From contig NC_042998.1 in NCBI RefSeq assembly GCF_006345805.1, positions 157,790,001 through 157,854,000 of the forward strand: 64,000 nucleotides of DNA, given 5' to 3'. Position 1 is the first letter of the stretch; every line of letters begins with the position of its first letter. Under the pieces are notes generated by a model. The model was not told the DNA's origin. It worked only from the letters and a program-made list of their open reading frames with translations, and did not search any database. The stretch comes from Octopus sinensis (Eukaryota). This document shows, in pieces, positions 53,209 to 64,000 of this stretch. The translations under genes were made by a program, and so were the position numbers.

Positions 53209-53394
53209 CACATGCATACATATACATACATATATATATGTGTGTGTGTGTGTGCATGTGTATATTACACACACACATATATATGTATATAATTCTTTAA
53301 GATTCTTTAAAATGTTTCAGCTTCAAAGCTGCGGTCATGCTAGGGCACCACCGCTGACTGTGCTACACCATTATTTGAAACCTTCTATGATATG

Positions 53395-53790
53395 TGGCAT
53401 TCGGTAAATGAGGGAGTTTGATGTCACTACCCTGTATTTCCTGCCGTGAGGTAGGCTCGCCTAGAATTCTTGACAGGAAGAGATCCAATTTTGATTTAAT
53501 GATACATTCACTCCATGTAGGTCTCTTGGGCATTTTTGAAGAATTCTGAATCGCTGTGGGCTCTTGAAACCCAAGTTGTTGCAGTATCGGGTCCTATATT
53601 TGGATGGCGATGCTGGGATCTTTGGCACCCCGTTCTGATGTTTGAGTAATTTTCAATGCCAATGTTTGGTACAAAGCTTTCCCTGATTTTTCCGATGTAT
53701 TTGACTTCATATCTTTCCCGCCTTCATTCTATGAAGAAAGGTTTTAATTCTTTCAGGCTTTCTAAGTAGCTGATACCTTGCATTAAGACA
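53395..53790 (-). pseudogene. CR1-clade LINE ORF2 C-terminal fragment
   Basis: SYLESLKELK...RRERY...VPNIGIE, VPKIP...YRTRYCNNLGFKSPQRF...DLHGV...KSKLDLFLSRI..EPTSRQ. Confidence 0.7.
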
Positions 53791-53842
53791 ATTCTCTTAG
53801 ATTATCTTCGATAGATTACTTCGAGTTTTACCATGAAGTATG

Positions 53843-54023
53843 TCATTATTCAGTTTATTTCAACATTTCTTGCCAATAGAGAAAGAACTGGTTTCTAATG
53901 TGGATCCAAGATTCCATCATAAGAATTTCAACATCAACTACAGTGTATTTTTGTATGTATGTATGTATGTATGTATGTATGTATGTATGTATGTATGTAT
54001 GTATGTATGTATGTATGTATGTA

Positions 54024-54054
<31 letters not shown>

Positions 54055-56172
54055 ATGTATGTGTATGTATGTATGTATGTATGTTTGTATGTATGTGCAT
54101 GATATATGTATCAGCAGATTTGTATGTTTTATGTATGTATTCTCATACATATAGGTGTATATCTAGACATGCTCATATGTATTTAAATGATAAACTTGTG
54201 GAAAGTTTTAAACGTTTTTACATTCCAGTAATGGATTGGATTTGTAGTATTCGAGTTAGCTTTCTTCTTTCTGATTTTGTGAAGCCTAATATATGAAGAT
54301 TGGTATTTAGGCAGTGGGTTACATGTCTCAGGGTCCCAATAATTACAGTTATAAACCTGAACTTGTAATCTGGATAAAGTAACTGCAGATCTCTCAATAG
54401 TTCAGCATAGGTGTTCTCTTTTTCACTGATCTTTAGTTTTACGTTAACATCCGCTGGGCAGCTAATTTCCACAACTGTGCATAGTTTCTTTTCTCTATCC
54501 CAAATAATTATATCAGTTCTGTTGTGCTTACATTTCATTGAGGTCTTCAATGGTTCATTCTACCAGTATTCTCTTTTATTATGAATGGCTATGGCTTCTA
54601 CCATATTGTGAGTTCTTATTTTTTTGTCCACGGGACTATCCTTCCGACGGATTTCATTAAAGAGTGTCCAAGCTACAACGTCATGTCTCATCGGCAGATT
54701 ATACCGTGATGACATTTTTGGTCAACTGCGTATGATGTGGGTGATATCTTCAGTGTGAACTCCACAAAGTTTGCATCGTTGTCAACTTTACGGCCTTACT
54801 TGCATCTCTATCCCTTTTGTGCATCAGGTACTTACTTGATATTTCCTGTTCCTGGATTGCAAACGGATACCCTTCAAAGTGGGAGGTAGTAATGCGGCTA
54901 TTCGTCCATGATAAACTGCTTTGATGATCGATATTACTATCATCACGGCGCTTTCTAGTAACATATCCCTGCACTGTCCTCTGCTCATAGAAGCTCGTCC
55001 TTTCATCTGATGATACGTTGCAGTAGAGTCGTGTAACTTTTTGGGCATGAATTCTAGGTTATCAGACAAAGAATGTTGCTCAAGGAGCTGCCTTTCAAGT
55101 CTTATGATGTTATCAGCCTCATGTATGCAGACTTGGTCAAGTGATGCACTTCGACACTTGGTGGTTAAAAGATGTTACCGAAGAGATATGATGCTACATT
55201 CAAAAGCATTTTAGATCGATGTTAAGTCGGCTCCGCCTTATTTTCATTTTAGGTAGAAGCGGTCTACATCACTGTTTATGTGTAAATGATGTGTGCTTGT
55301 TAGTATTTTTCGGGTTTTCACATCAAGGTATCGGATCTCATCAAGCGTCCAATCAAGCAGCCCAAATGTTGGTATGAGCACTGGCACTGCTAACACATTG
55401 TGGGCCCATTGTCTTATTGAATGCAGAGAGTTCTGAAGTCCAAATTCTCTTTACTCGGCTGTAATATTCTTTAGTGACACGCGTTTTGCTACAGATGGCA
55501 CTATAAGATATAGATACTTGTAACATCCCTCGTCAGATACAGGGGAAACAGTCAAATCATTGATGGAGATTTTACTAGTCTGACTAATAGTTTTCCCCTT
55601 TTTCACAACCATATAACCACATTTATCTTCACCAAACTCCAACCCTAATCCTTTGAAAATGTTGTAACTAGGTCAAGGTTCTTTTTCATTACATGCATAT
55701 TCTTTGCATAAAGTTTTAAGTCATCCACAAAGAAACATTGTGTAATTTTGGTATTTCTGTTTCGTTGTGAACTAGCGAAATATGTTTCAGACTTCCTTAA
55801 CAAAGGGTTTACAGAAAGTATAAGCAACATCACAGAGAGGCTGTCTCCTTGGAATATGCCTTTGCGATACTGTATTATATCGGTGATAATACAGTCACTC
55901 TTTGTGTTTAATTTCAAGATGGTGACCCACGATGAAGTCAGATCAGTTATGACTTTGATTATTCTCACTAGAACCTTAGCAAGTTGAAGGGCTTCTAGTA
56001 TCCATGAGTGGGGAACAAAGTGAAAGGCTTTCTTGTATTCTAGCCACATTGAACATAGGTTCATCCTATGCGCTCGCACTTCTGTCATCGCAGTTTTGTT
56101 GAACAGAAATTGCTTGGCATATGCCCAGACTCTCTTTTTCCCAGCTGCTTGTTCTTCTGTGATAATGTTATT
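53843..56172 (-). mobile_element. 5'-truncated, decayed Dong/R4-like LINE associated with (TACA)n
   Basis: EEQAAGK...KKAFHFVPHSWI...KGIFQGDSLS...FFVDDLKLY...EFGEDKC...RCKLCGVHTEDITHII...RHDVV...HNRTDIIIWD...VEISCPAD. (TATG)n at the 5' junction and within the 3' UTR. Confidence 0.88.
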
Positions 56173-56226
56173 GGTATGTATGTATGTATGTATGTATGTA
56201 TGTATGTATGTATGTATGTATGTATG

Positions 56227-56260
<34 letters not shown>

Positions 56261-56326
56261 TGTATGTATGTATGTATGTATGTATGCATGCATGTATGTA
56301 TGTATGTATGTATGTATGTATGTATG

Positions 56327-56358
<32 letters not shown>

Positions 56359-56384
56359 CATGTATGTATGTATAATGTATATAT

Positions 56385-56560
56385 TTCATCAAGTTGAGAA
56401 TTGTAGAGGAAACCAGGTCATATGTTAATGGATCTAAGAAATGCAAATTATGCGTAACTCAAAGATCGCATATTCTTTCTAGATCTAAGAACTCCATCGC
56501 ACAACTGGATTCCAGATCGAAATTTTCAGTAAATGCTAGTATATGGACAAATGTCTTCAG
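56385..56560 (+). pseudogene. C-terminal remnant of the same PLE endonuclease type
   Basis: YFIKLRIVEETRSYVNGSKKCKLCVTQRSHILS...LDSRSK, then frameshifted IFSKC. Confidence 0.6.
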
Positions 56561-56799
56561 TTGAAACGAAGGTTAACAGCTTCTCTCCACTGAGCAGTGA
56601 ACTGGAGCACACCGCCCTCTCTCGATTGAGCAGCTTTCTCACAGATTTTGGAACCATCTTCCATGAATAATTTTACAACAGTTAGATTAAGTGTGGCTTT
56701 ACAATCAAGATTCTAATCTTCTTCCTTTTCTGTTCGTTTATATTCACCTTTACAATTTTTTATCTACTTTCGTCTCGTTTTTCCTCGTGGTTTCTCCAG

Positions 56800-56863
56800 C
56801 ACCGACGTCCTGATTTCAAAAATAGCCCATGTGCTCAGAGTCGAGATTGCTTGGAGACACAAG
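56800..56863 (+). other. Candidate 64 nt exon
   Basis: Pyrimidine tract and CCAG acceptor before 56800, AAG|GTATGT donor after 56863; no partner exon identified. Confidence 0.25.
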
Positions 56864-57695
56864 GTATGTTAGTTAAACTTCCCTAGATTCTAGTCTTCAA
56901 AGCAAGAACTAAAGGTAGCTCATATCTTTAAATCGTATGCATTAAATGTGTGACAGGGCTATTGACACTCCTTGCTCTCATGAAATGATTGTCAGATGAA
57001 AGTAACAGATTTTCTGTTTTTCAAACCGCTGCAATGATTGTTCTGGGATGTAATTATATGCACACGTTTATGTGGATGTGTGTGTGAATAAAGGGAGTAA
57101 GAGGGAGAGAGAGAGAATGAAAAAGTAGGAAAGTGTGTGAGAGAGATGGTCAGTGAGAGGGAAGGAGTGATTCTGGTAATCTGTTTCTTGATTATCTAAA
57201 ATAAAACTTTAATTCTTTTCTATATATTCTGTGGTTCTGGATAAGTCAGAAATGTCATTTAAACTATACTTTTTCTGTATTTCTTTTATTTGTTTTTGTT
57301 TCCAAACGTTACCATTCTATCGATGCATTAAGACTGATTAATAGATAAATTTAATATATATTCTATAATAGTGAACAATTACTGGCAATTATTCAGTGTT
57401 AAGTTTCTGTAAACACACGCAACTTTTATTTTTAATTTTCTGGATGAGTTATTTCAGAGCAAAAACGTTTAGACATTGCAACAAAATATATTACATTTGT
57501 GTATTGTATGAGGTGATATTAAAAAGTGAGTAATGTTTGAGTGAGTAGGAAAATATAGTTGCGTAGTCCGAAACCCCATCCCAATATATAGGTGAAGGCT
57601 CTGGCCAGTATTTTAGATGGTACATTTCTGTTAGGGGCTAATGTTAATCGACAACATTATAACCAAAAATTCCTTTTGTACCAATGTGTTATATA

Positions 57696-57760
<65 letters not shown>

Positions 57761-58021
57761 TATACATATATATGTGTGTGTACATACATACACACATACA
57801 TACATATACGTATGAGTGGTAAACGAAAGAAAACCGCTCTCAACACATTTAGTGCAAGTTATATATATATATATATTATTATTTCAAATATTTTCATTCG
57901 GATCTTTGGACTTAAAGGTTCGTAGACCTCTTTGAAAAAACTTAGCTCGTTCAGTGTTAGTTAGTTAAGCTTGAACGACTAAGGTTTTGTACAGTGGCCT
58001 GCGAAACTTTGAGTCGAACTA

Positions 58022-58255
58022 CTAACTTACGGGGACGTAAAAACATCAATGCTTGTTGTCGAACGGTAGTGGGGAAACAAACACAAAGTCACACATACAT
58101 ATAAATATATACGACAGGCTTCTTTCAGTTTCCGTCCTCATAAGACTTTGGTTGGCACGAAGACATAGTAGAAGGTACTTGCCCAAGTTGCCAATCAGTG
58201 GAACTGAACTTGCAACCATGTGGATGAGAAGCAAACTTCTTACCATAACGCTATG
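58022..58255 (-). mobile_element. Partial diverged SINE, 61752 family
   Basis: CTTACGGGGACGTAAA...GCTTCTTTCAGTTTCCGTC...GGAACTGAAC..AACCATGTGG. Confidence 0.75.
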
Positions 58256-58622
58256 AACTTGAGCATGAATAATATATGTGTATGTGGCAGGTCGTAGAGG
58301 GTATGCGTTTATGATAAAATATCCCCCTTACACTGAGGTCTTTGTTTGATACATCAACTCTAATCATATATATATGAAATATAGCATTTGGTTTTCTTCG
58401 TATTTCAGTGTGTAAGTCTCCTTCAATGACATTTTACATTGCAATCAGACTTGAATAATTTTATTTTGAAGAACATAAGTCTCCATTTCGGAGTGAACTG
58501 ATGCTTGTAATATGTAATGTAAATTTTTCACGCTTATAGACATGTGTGTGTAGGTGTACGTAGAATGTGCTTGTGTGTATGTATATAAATATATATATAT
58601 ATATATATTTATTATATAGAAG

Positions 58623-58675
58623 GAGCTTCTACAGGACTAGAACTGTTTCATTCAAGAGAAATCTTCAGGAAGCTC
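58623..58675 (-). ncRNA. Type I hammerhead ribozyme motif, family A (solo copy between TA tracts)
   Basis: Minus strand gagcttc CTGAAGA tttctcttgaat GAAA cag ttctagtc ctg TA gaagctc. The internal change is in the stem III loop; stem I extends to 7 bp. Confidence 0.8.
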
Positions 58676-59630
58676 TATATATATATATATGCATGTATAT
58701 ATATATATAATATATATATATATATGTCTATGTACATATGTGTGCGTGTAATCTTATGAAGCAGAAGAAAAGTGTTAAGTGCTATATTTTGCAGGCGAAA
58801 AGTTGAAGTGCAGTGAAAGCTAAAGAGGCGGAAGGAACAAAATTTTCAGAATATCTCTTACGTTGGTAGTACAGTTTGTCGCTCTAATGTACACACATTA
58901 CTACATTCTCAAAAATTTATGCTGTTGGCATTAGCATCAAGGAAATTGATAGTTTCAAGAGTGCTAAGTACCTTTTTTAAATTTAATTTTTTTTTTTTTT
59001 TGCTTTGGCAATTAGGAGGTATCTACACGATGAATATGATTAATATCTTAATGACCTTTGTATTTAGTACCTGGCACAGACAGAGCTGTTAGAAATTAGT
59101 TTCAATAAGTAGCTACTGGGAAATAATAATTATTGAAATATTATATCACATTCACAATGTGAATCAAATTAACTTTAAATTAACTTGGTTAAATGAAGAG
59201 GAATTACGGTGTAAGAAACAAAATGTTGGAAACCTATATATGAGAGAACAATATTTTGTTTTAATCTTATACCCACATATAAGTAAAACCTGTTAAAATG
59301 TATAAATAAAAAGAAAAAAAATTGTTTTGATATAATTCCACCTGGATATAATTATTATTCCCGAATGATGTAAATGAACAGCACACTGTATTTTGATAAC
59401 CAGACAAGATATGAAATATATAATACTCTTTTACTGTTTTTAATCAATTTTCACAATTCACAATTGTATTAACAGCAGAACGTTACGATTGTGCAAAATC
59501 TACATTTTATGTTATCAATAATGCAAACTTTGGAAAATTTTATTTCAAGATTTTCAAATATTATCAATGGTTAGTAAAAATATGTGTGTATGCATGGACA
59601 TAAGAATACGCGTGTGTGGAGAGACACCAC

Positions 59631-59672
<42 letters not shown>

Positions 59673-59674
59673 CG

Positions 59675-59739
<65 letters not shown>

Positions 59740-59741
<2 letters not shown>

Positions 59742-60000
59742 GCGCAGTATGGCTGTATAATAACAAGTCTGCTTCTCAGCTACATGATTTCGAGTTCAGT
59801 CCCACTGCACCTTCGTCAAGTGTTTTCTACTATAGCCCTTAGCTTTATGAGTGGATTTGGGAGACAAAATCTGAACGGTATCCGCCATGTATGTATGTGC
59901 GTTTGTATATGTGTGTATGTGTGTGCGTATGTGTGTGTGTGTGTGTGTGTATCTTCGTTCGTCTGTTTACATCGATGTATCTTAGCGGTTCGTTAAAACA
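59740..60000 (+). mobile_element. Partial diverged SINE, 61752 family
   Basis: GGGCGCAGTATGGCTGT...GAGTTCAGTCCCACTGC...TTCTACTATAGCC...GAGTGGATTTGG. Confidence 0.7.
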
Positions 60001-60434
60001 ATATGTACTAGTCCTTCAAAAATCCAGTGCTTACAACAAAATGTATTCTTTACTTTCAACAAACCTCTTGTCACGTTGTTCATTATTTGTAGGTTATATT
60101 TAACTGAATTTGTCCTTGCAACGTGGTGCAGCGCTTCATATAGTAACACGTGATTATGAAGTTGTGTATGTAAACGATGTGTACAGAATTAAAATTACTG
60201 TCACAAGATATATTTATGTGGAAGTAAGGAAATACATAAATATACATACATACATACATACATACATACATACATACATACATACATACATACATACATA
60301 CTAAAGTAAATAATAGTTAGTTTTGAATTTGATCACTCATTTCACAATGAGTTGTAGTTGATGTAACGTTTGCCACTATATGAATGTTACGTTTTTTTAT
60401 TGACTCTGAAGGATATTAAACAAAGGAGACAAAA

Positions 60435-60585
60435 ATATTGATTTCAGATTTTGGCACAAGGCCGGCAATTTTTAGGGAGGGTGTAAGTCAATAACATCAA
60501 CCACAGTGCTCAACTTGTATTTATTTTATCGACCCGGAAAGGATAAAAGGTAAAGTCGGCCCCTTGGCGGAATTAGAACTCGGAA
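60435..60585 (-). mobile_element. Partial SINE, 39839 family
   Basis: TTTATCGACCCGGAAAGGATAAAAGGTAAAGTCG...GGCGGAATTAGAACTC. Confidence 0.7.
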
Positions 60586-60934
60586 CTGATTCGAAAGGGT
60601 ATCTTAAATCATTCCCTCTTAAACTGGGCACTAGCACTGCTGCTGCTGCTGCTACTCAGTGGTGGTGGTGGTGGGGGGGGGGCGTTGTAAGCTCACATGG
60701 AGAAAGGGAGCGCAATGAGGGGCGCTGGTTACTTAGATAAGTGATTTTATTTCAGAGATAAAATATCAAACCGGGTACCACACTTTTATGTTAAGCATAT
60801 TTTCAAAACAAATCCTTGTCTAGATTCTAATATGACTGGGAGGTGTTACTAGTCAGACAAAAAGAACATAACTGATGATAACCAAGTTCCGATATAATTT
60901 CATAATGTAAGTTTCCACATTCTGTTGTAGTTTC

Positions 60935-61057
60935 TGACTCTAGTCAGCTCATATATCTAAAATGACTGACTCTAGCCAGCTCATATCTAAAATGACTGAC
61001 TCTAGCCAGCTCATATCTAAACTGACTGACTCTAGCCAGCTCATATATCTAAAATGA
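60935..61057. repeat. Minisatellite, ~30 bp x 4
   Basis: TGACTGACTCTAGCCAGCTCATATCTAAAA repeated head to tail. Confidence 0.95.
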
Positions 61058-61262
61058 AGTATAAGAACAGAGAGATAATTAATTACTCTGTAAAATTTAC
61101 TTCTGCTTCATTACAATACCATACTGTTTTATCGCCGCTTAAAGGGAAATGAGCAACGAGTTTACCTACAAAATGCTATGAAATTACTGACATAATACAA
61201 ACTATTTCATTTTGTATCTGCAAGATTCTTTATGTGAATTCGTGTGTTGAAACAAATTTTTC

Positions 61263-61619
61263 TGTGTCTAGGGAGGGTCATCATGCCAGTATAATTAATA
61301 TACACTCTAATTAATATTCACTCTAATATACACTTTAATTAAAACTCTTTCGTTGCCTTTTTGCAACCTTCTCAGTGACTCATACATACACAAGCACACG
61401 CACGCTGGTACACGTACACGCGCGCGTGCGCAACAACATCTCAAACGGTCGAACTAACGTGCCCTCTATTACGGGCAGAGTTAATTGCTATTGAGTAACT
61501 GAGAAGGTTGTAAAAAAGCAACGAAAGAGCTTTAACTAAAAATATCAGATATTTAATAATTGAGTGGAATCGAACCAGTATGTGTTAATTATATTGGCAT
61601 GATGACCCTCCAGAGACAC
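61263..61619. mobile_element. MITE-like fold-back with long imperfect inverted arms
   Basis: GGAGGGTCATCATGCCA / TGGCATGATGACCCTCC at the ends; inner arms CTCTTTCGTTGC..CAACCTTCTCAGT / ACTGAGAAGGTTG..GCAACGAAAGAG. Confidence 0.75.
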
Positions 61620-61751
61620 GATAAATTACAAAATATGTCCCCTGTATTTCTTTACACAATAAGACTGTTCAAAGTCTTTAGCTTTCTGAAACTTTAATTT
61701 TCAGTTTTTATCTTGAGAGCACCTAAAATCTATTCAGCATATATGAAACAT

Positions 61752-62146
61752 GAGTAGCTGTGTGGTAAGTAGCTTGCTCACAAACCACATGGTTCCGGGT
61801 TCAGTCCCACTGCGTGACACCTTGGGCAAGTATCTTCTACTATAGCCTCGGGCCGACCAGTACCTTGTGAGTGGATTTGGTAGACGGAAACTGAAAGAAG
61901 CCCGTCGTATATATGTATATACATATGTTTGTGTGTCTGTATTTGTCCCCACAACATCGCTTGACAACCGATGCTGGTGTGTTTACGTCTCCGTAACTTA
62001 GCGGTTCGGCAAAAGAAGTACCAGGTTAATAGAAGAAGAACCAGGCTTACAAAGAATAAGTTCTGTGGTCGATTTGCTCGATTAAATGCGGTGCTGCAGT
62101 ATGGCCAGTGTCAAATGACTGAAACAAGTAAAAGAGTAAAAGAGTA
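61752..62146 (+). mobile_element. Full-length tRNA-derived SINE with (AAAAGAGT)n tail
   Basis: A box TAGCTGTGTGG, B box GGTTCAGTCCC (61798-61808), internal microsatellite, tail GAAACAAGTAAAAGAGTAAAAGAGT. Confidence 0.88.
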
Positions 62147-62629
62147 AATCCGAAAATCTGCAGTATTCCCATTTTTCGTAGAGGCCATTGGTGATTTAAA
62201 AGGTTCTGCCAAATTGACAGATTTCATAAAATTGCAGTGCTTTTTAAAAAAAATTGTTTAATATTATTGATAACAATTAAGAATTATATGGACGTAAACT
62301 CAATTTTGTTGTCCTCTCATTAACTCAGAGACAGACACAAAGAAAGGGAGATAAAAAGAGATGTTAAGGGGGCGAAATTTTATTAACACTTTTGCAAGGG
62401 CTTATACTTGACAGTTGGAAAGCCGCTGCTTTGATAGTTATTCTGCATGACAGTCGATTGTCTGGTTTCTATTATATCAGCTGAACTTTATAGAAATTAT
62501 GGATTGAGATGGATTTATTTATAGTTATTTTCGGAAATTCCATCTTGCTCGACCTTTATGCTGCTTCTATTCCTTGTTTGCTAGATACAAAAATAGACAC
62601 ACACGTCCACGCATACATATGTATTCTTT

Positions 62630-62664
<35 letters not shown>

Positions 62665-63104
62665 GCATGCATATGTATACATAGTATATTGTACATATAT
62701 ATGTGAACATATATGTGTGTGTAAGTATATATATTATATATATATATATATATACAGAGAGAGAGAGAGTACTGCTTCATGAGGACACAACTCAGATTTT
62801 AATTCTTTTATACACGCACATACACACATGTGTGCATACATGTATACGTTTCTCTCTCTCTCTCGCTCGCCCGCTCGCTCTCATTCTCTAAACTCACAGA
62901 GGCATAAACAAGGCACACATATACTACGTAATATCTCTGCTATAATTGCTTGAACTCCACCGGGTCATGTAATAGAGGGAGTTTAACGTGATAGTTATGC
63001 ATTTTTCCTGTTAATAACTATATTTCTAGCTACCCTCAAAGGATATTGTTTGTTTTGTAAAGCCTGGTATAAAATTCAAGTTCTCTTCTACTGAATATGA
63101 TAAT

Positions 63105-63285
63105 ATTGGTTTCAAATTTTGACACAAGGTTCGAAATTTTGGACTTCAGTGCTTGACTGGTACTTATATTCTATAGCCCGAAAGGATAAACGGCAAAGTC
63201 GACCTCGGCGAAATTTGAACTCAGAACGTAAAATACCGCTAAGCATTTTGCCCGGCGTACTAACAATTCTGTCGGCTCGTTACCT
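63105..63285 (-). mobile_element. Partial SINE, 39839 family
   Basis: CTGGTACTTA...CCCGAAAGGATAAACGGCAAAGTCGACCTCGGCGAAATTTGAACTCAGAACGTAA...GGCTCGTTACC. Confidence 0.75.
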
Positions 63286-63498
63286 TGAACTGAATATGAA
63301 AATATTACTACTTAGATACGCTAAAACGCAGGTATATCTGCCGACAATAAAGAAACTTCGTGTAAAGTTAAGTAATTTTTTAAGCTTCAGTATAACATGT
63401 ATGCATATATGTATGAATATATCTATGCATTCATATATTTGTACGTGAATATATATATTCACGTTTCTTCTATGTGTGTGTGTGTGTGAGTGGATATA

Positions 63499-63534
<36 letters not shown>

Positions 63535-64000
63535 TGTATGTATGGATGGATGGATGGATGGATGGATGGATGGATAGACGGATAGATGGATAGATGTATA
63601 CATGATCGCACGGATGTCTGTATTTGTATTTAGAACCAATAAGAGTACGCAATTTATTTCTCATACTGGAAAACGGTTGCAGGTGTTAATGTTATAAACT
63701 ATATAATACTAGTACTTATTCCCAAATGAGAACTTTAAATCATTACATAACAATAGAAAACTTTATAATTTATTGTGTTCAATCTAAGTTTCTCTTCACA
63801 TCAGGATCTAAAGAGCCGTTCCATTAGTATATATCAAATAGATTTTCATTTCATATTTTGATTTTCTTTATTTTCAGTATTAGTATTCAGTTTCCAATTC
63901 ATATTTAGTGTTTTATTTGTTGTCTGTACCGTCAACGTATCATAATAATAGTTTTACCAAATTTCGAAGCTATTACAGAAAAAAAAGTCCCGTCATCTTA

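Noticed and set aside
60935-61057. 30 bp repeats resembling a CRISPR array
   Set aside because: Head-to-tail with no unique spacers, eukaryotic context, no cas genes.

Overview
AT-rich eukaryotic genomic DNA saturated with microsatellites and transposon debris. The SINE, Dong/R4, Penelope and CR1 content resembles octopus (cephalopod) genomes as I recall them; the species call is inference, not a search result. I cannot support any intact host protein-coding gene, and most ORFs in the supplied track are translations of (TA)n, (CA)n, (TACA)n, (AAT)n or (GAA)n repeats. Recognisable elements: a full-length decayed mariner (26183-27451), two non-autonomous Helitrons (one with a Pif1-helicase remnant, one carrying a decayed foreign ORF), several restriction-like-endonuclease (Dong/R4-type) LINE fragments in (AAT)n or (TACA)n tracts, L1/Tx1 and CR1 fragments, Penelope-like (PLE) GIY-YIG remnants of two types, a Chapaev3-like fragment and many tRNA-derived SINEs. 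The most striking signal is a set of eight hammerhead-ribozyme motifs from four unrelated sequence families. Six of them occur as pairs in three large fold-back structures (5546-10760, 46351-48278, 48457-49828), always minus strand on the left and plus strand on the right. The 5.2 kb palindrome could be an assembly artefact and needs read-level confirmation.
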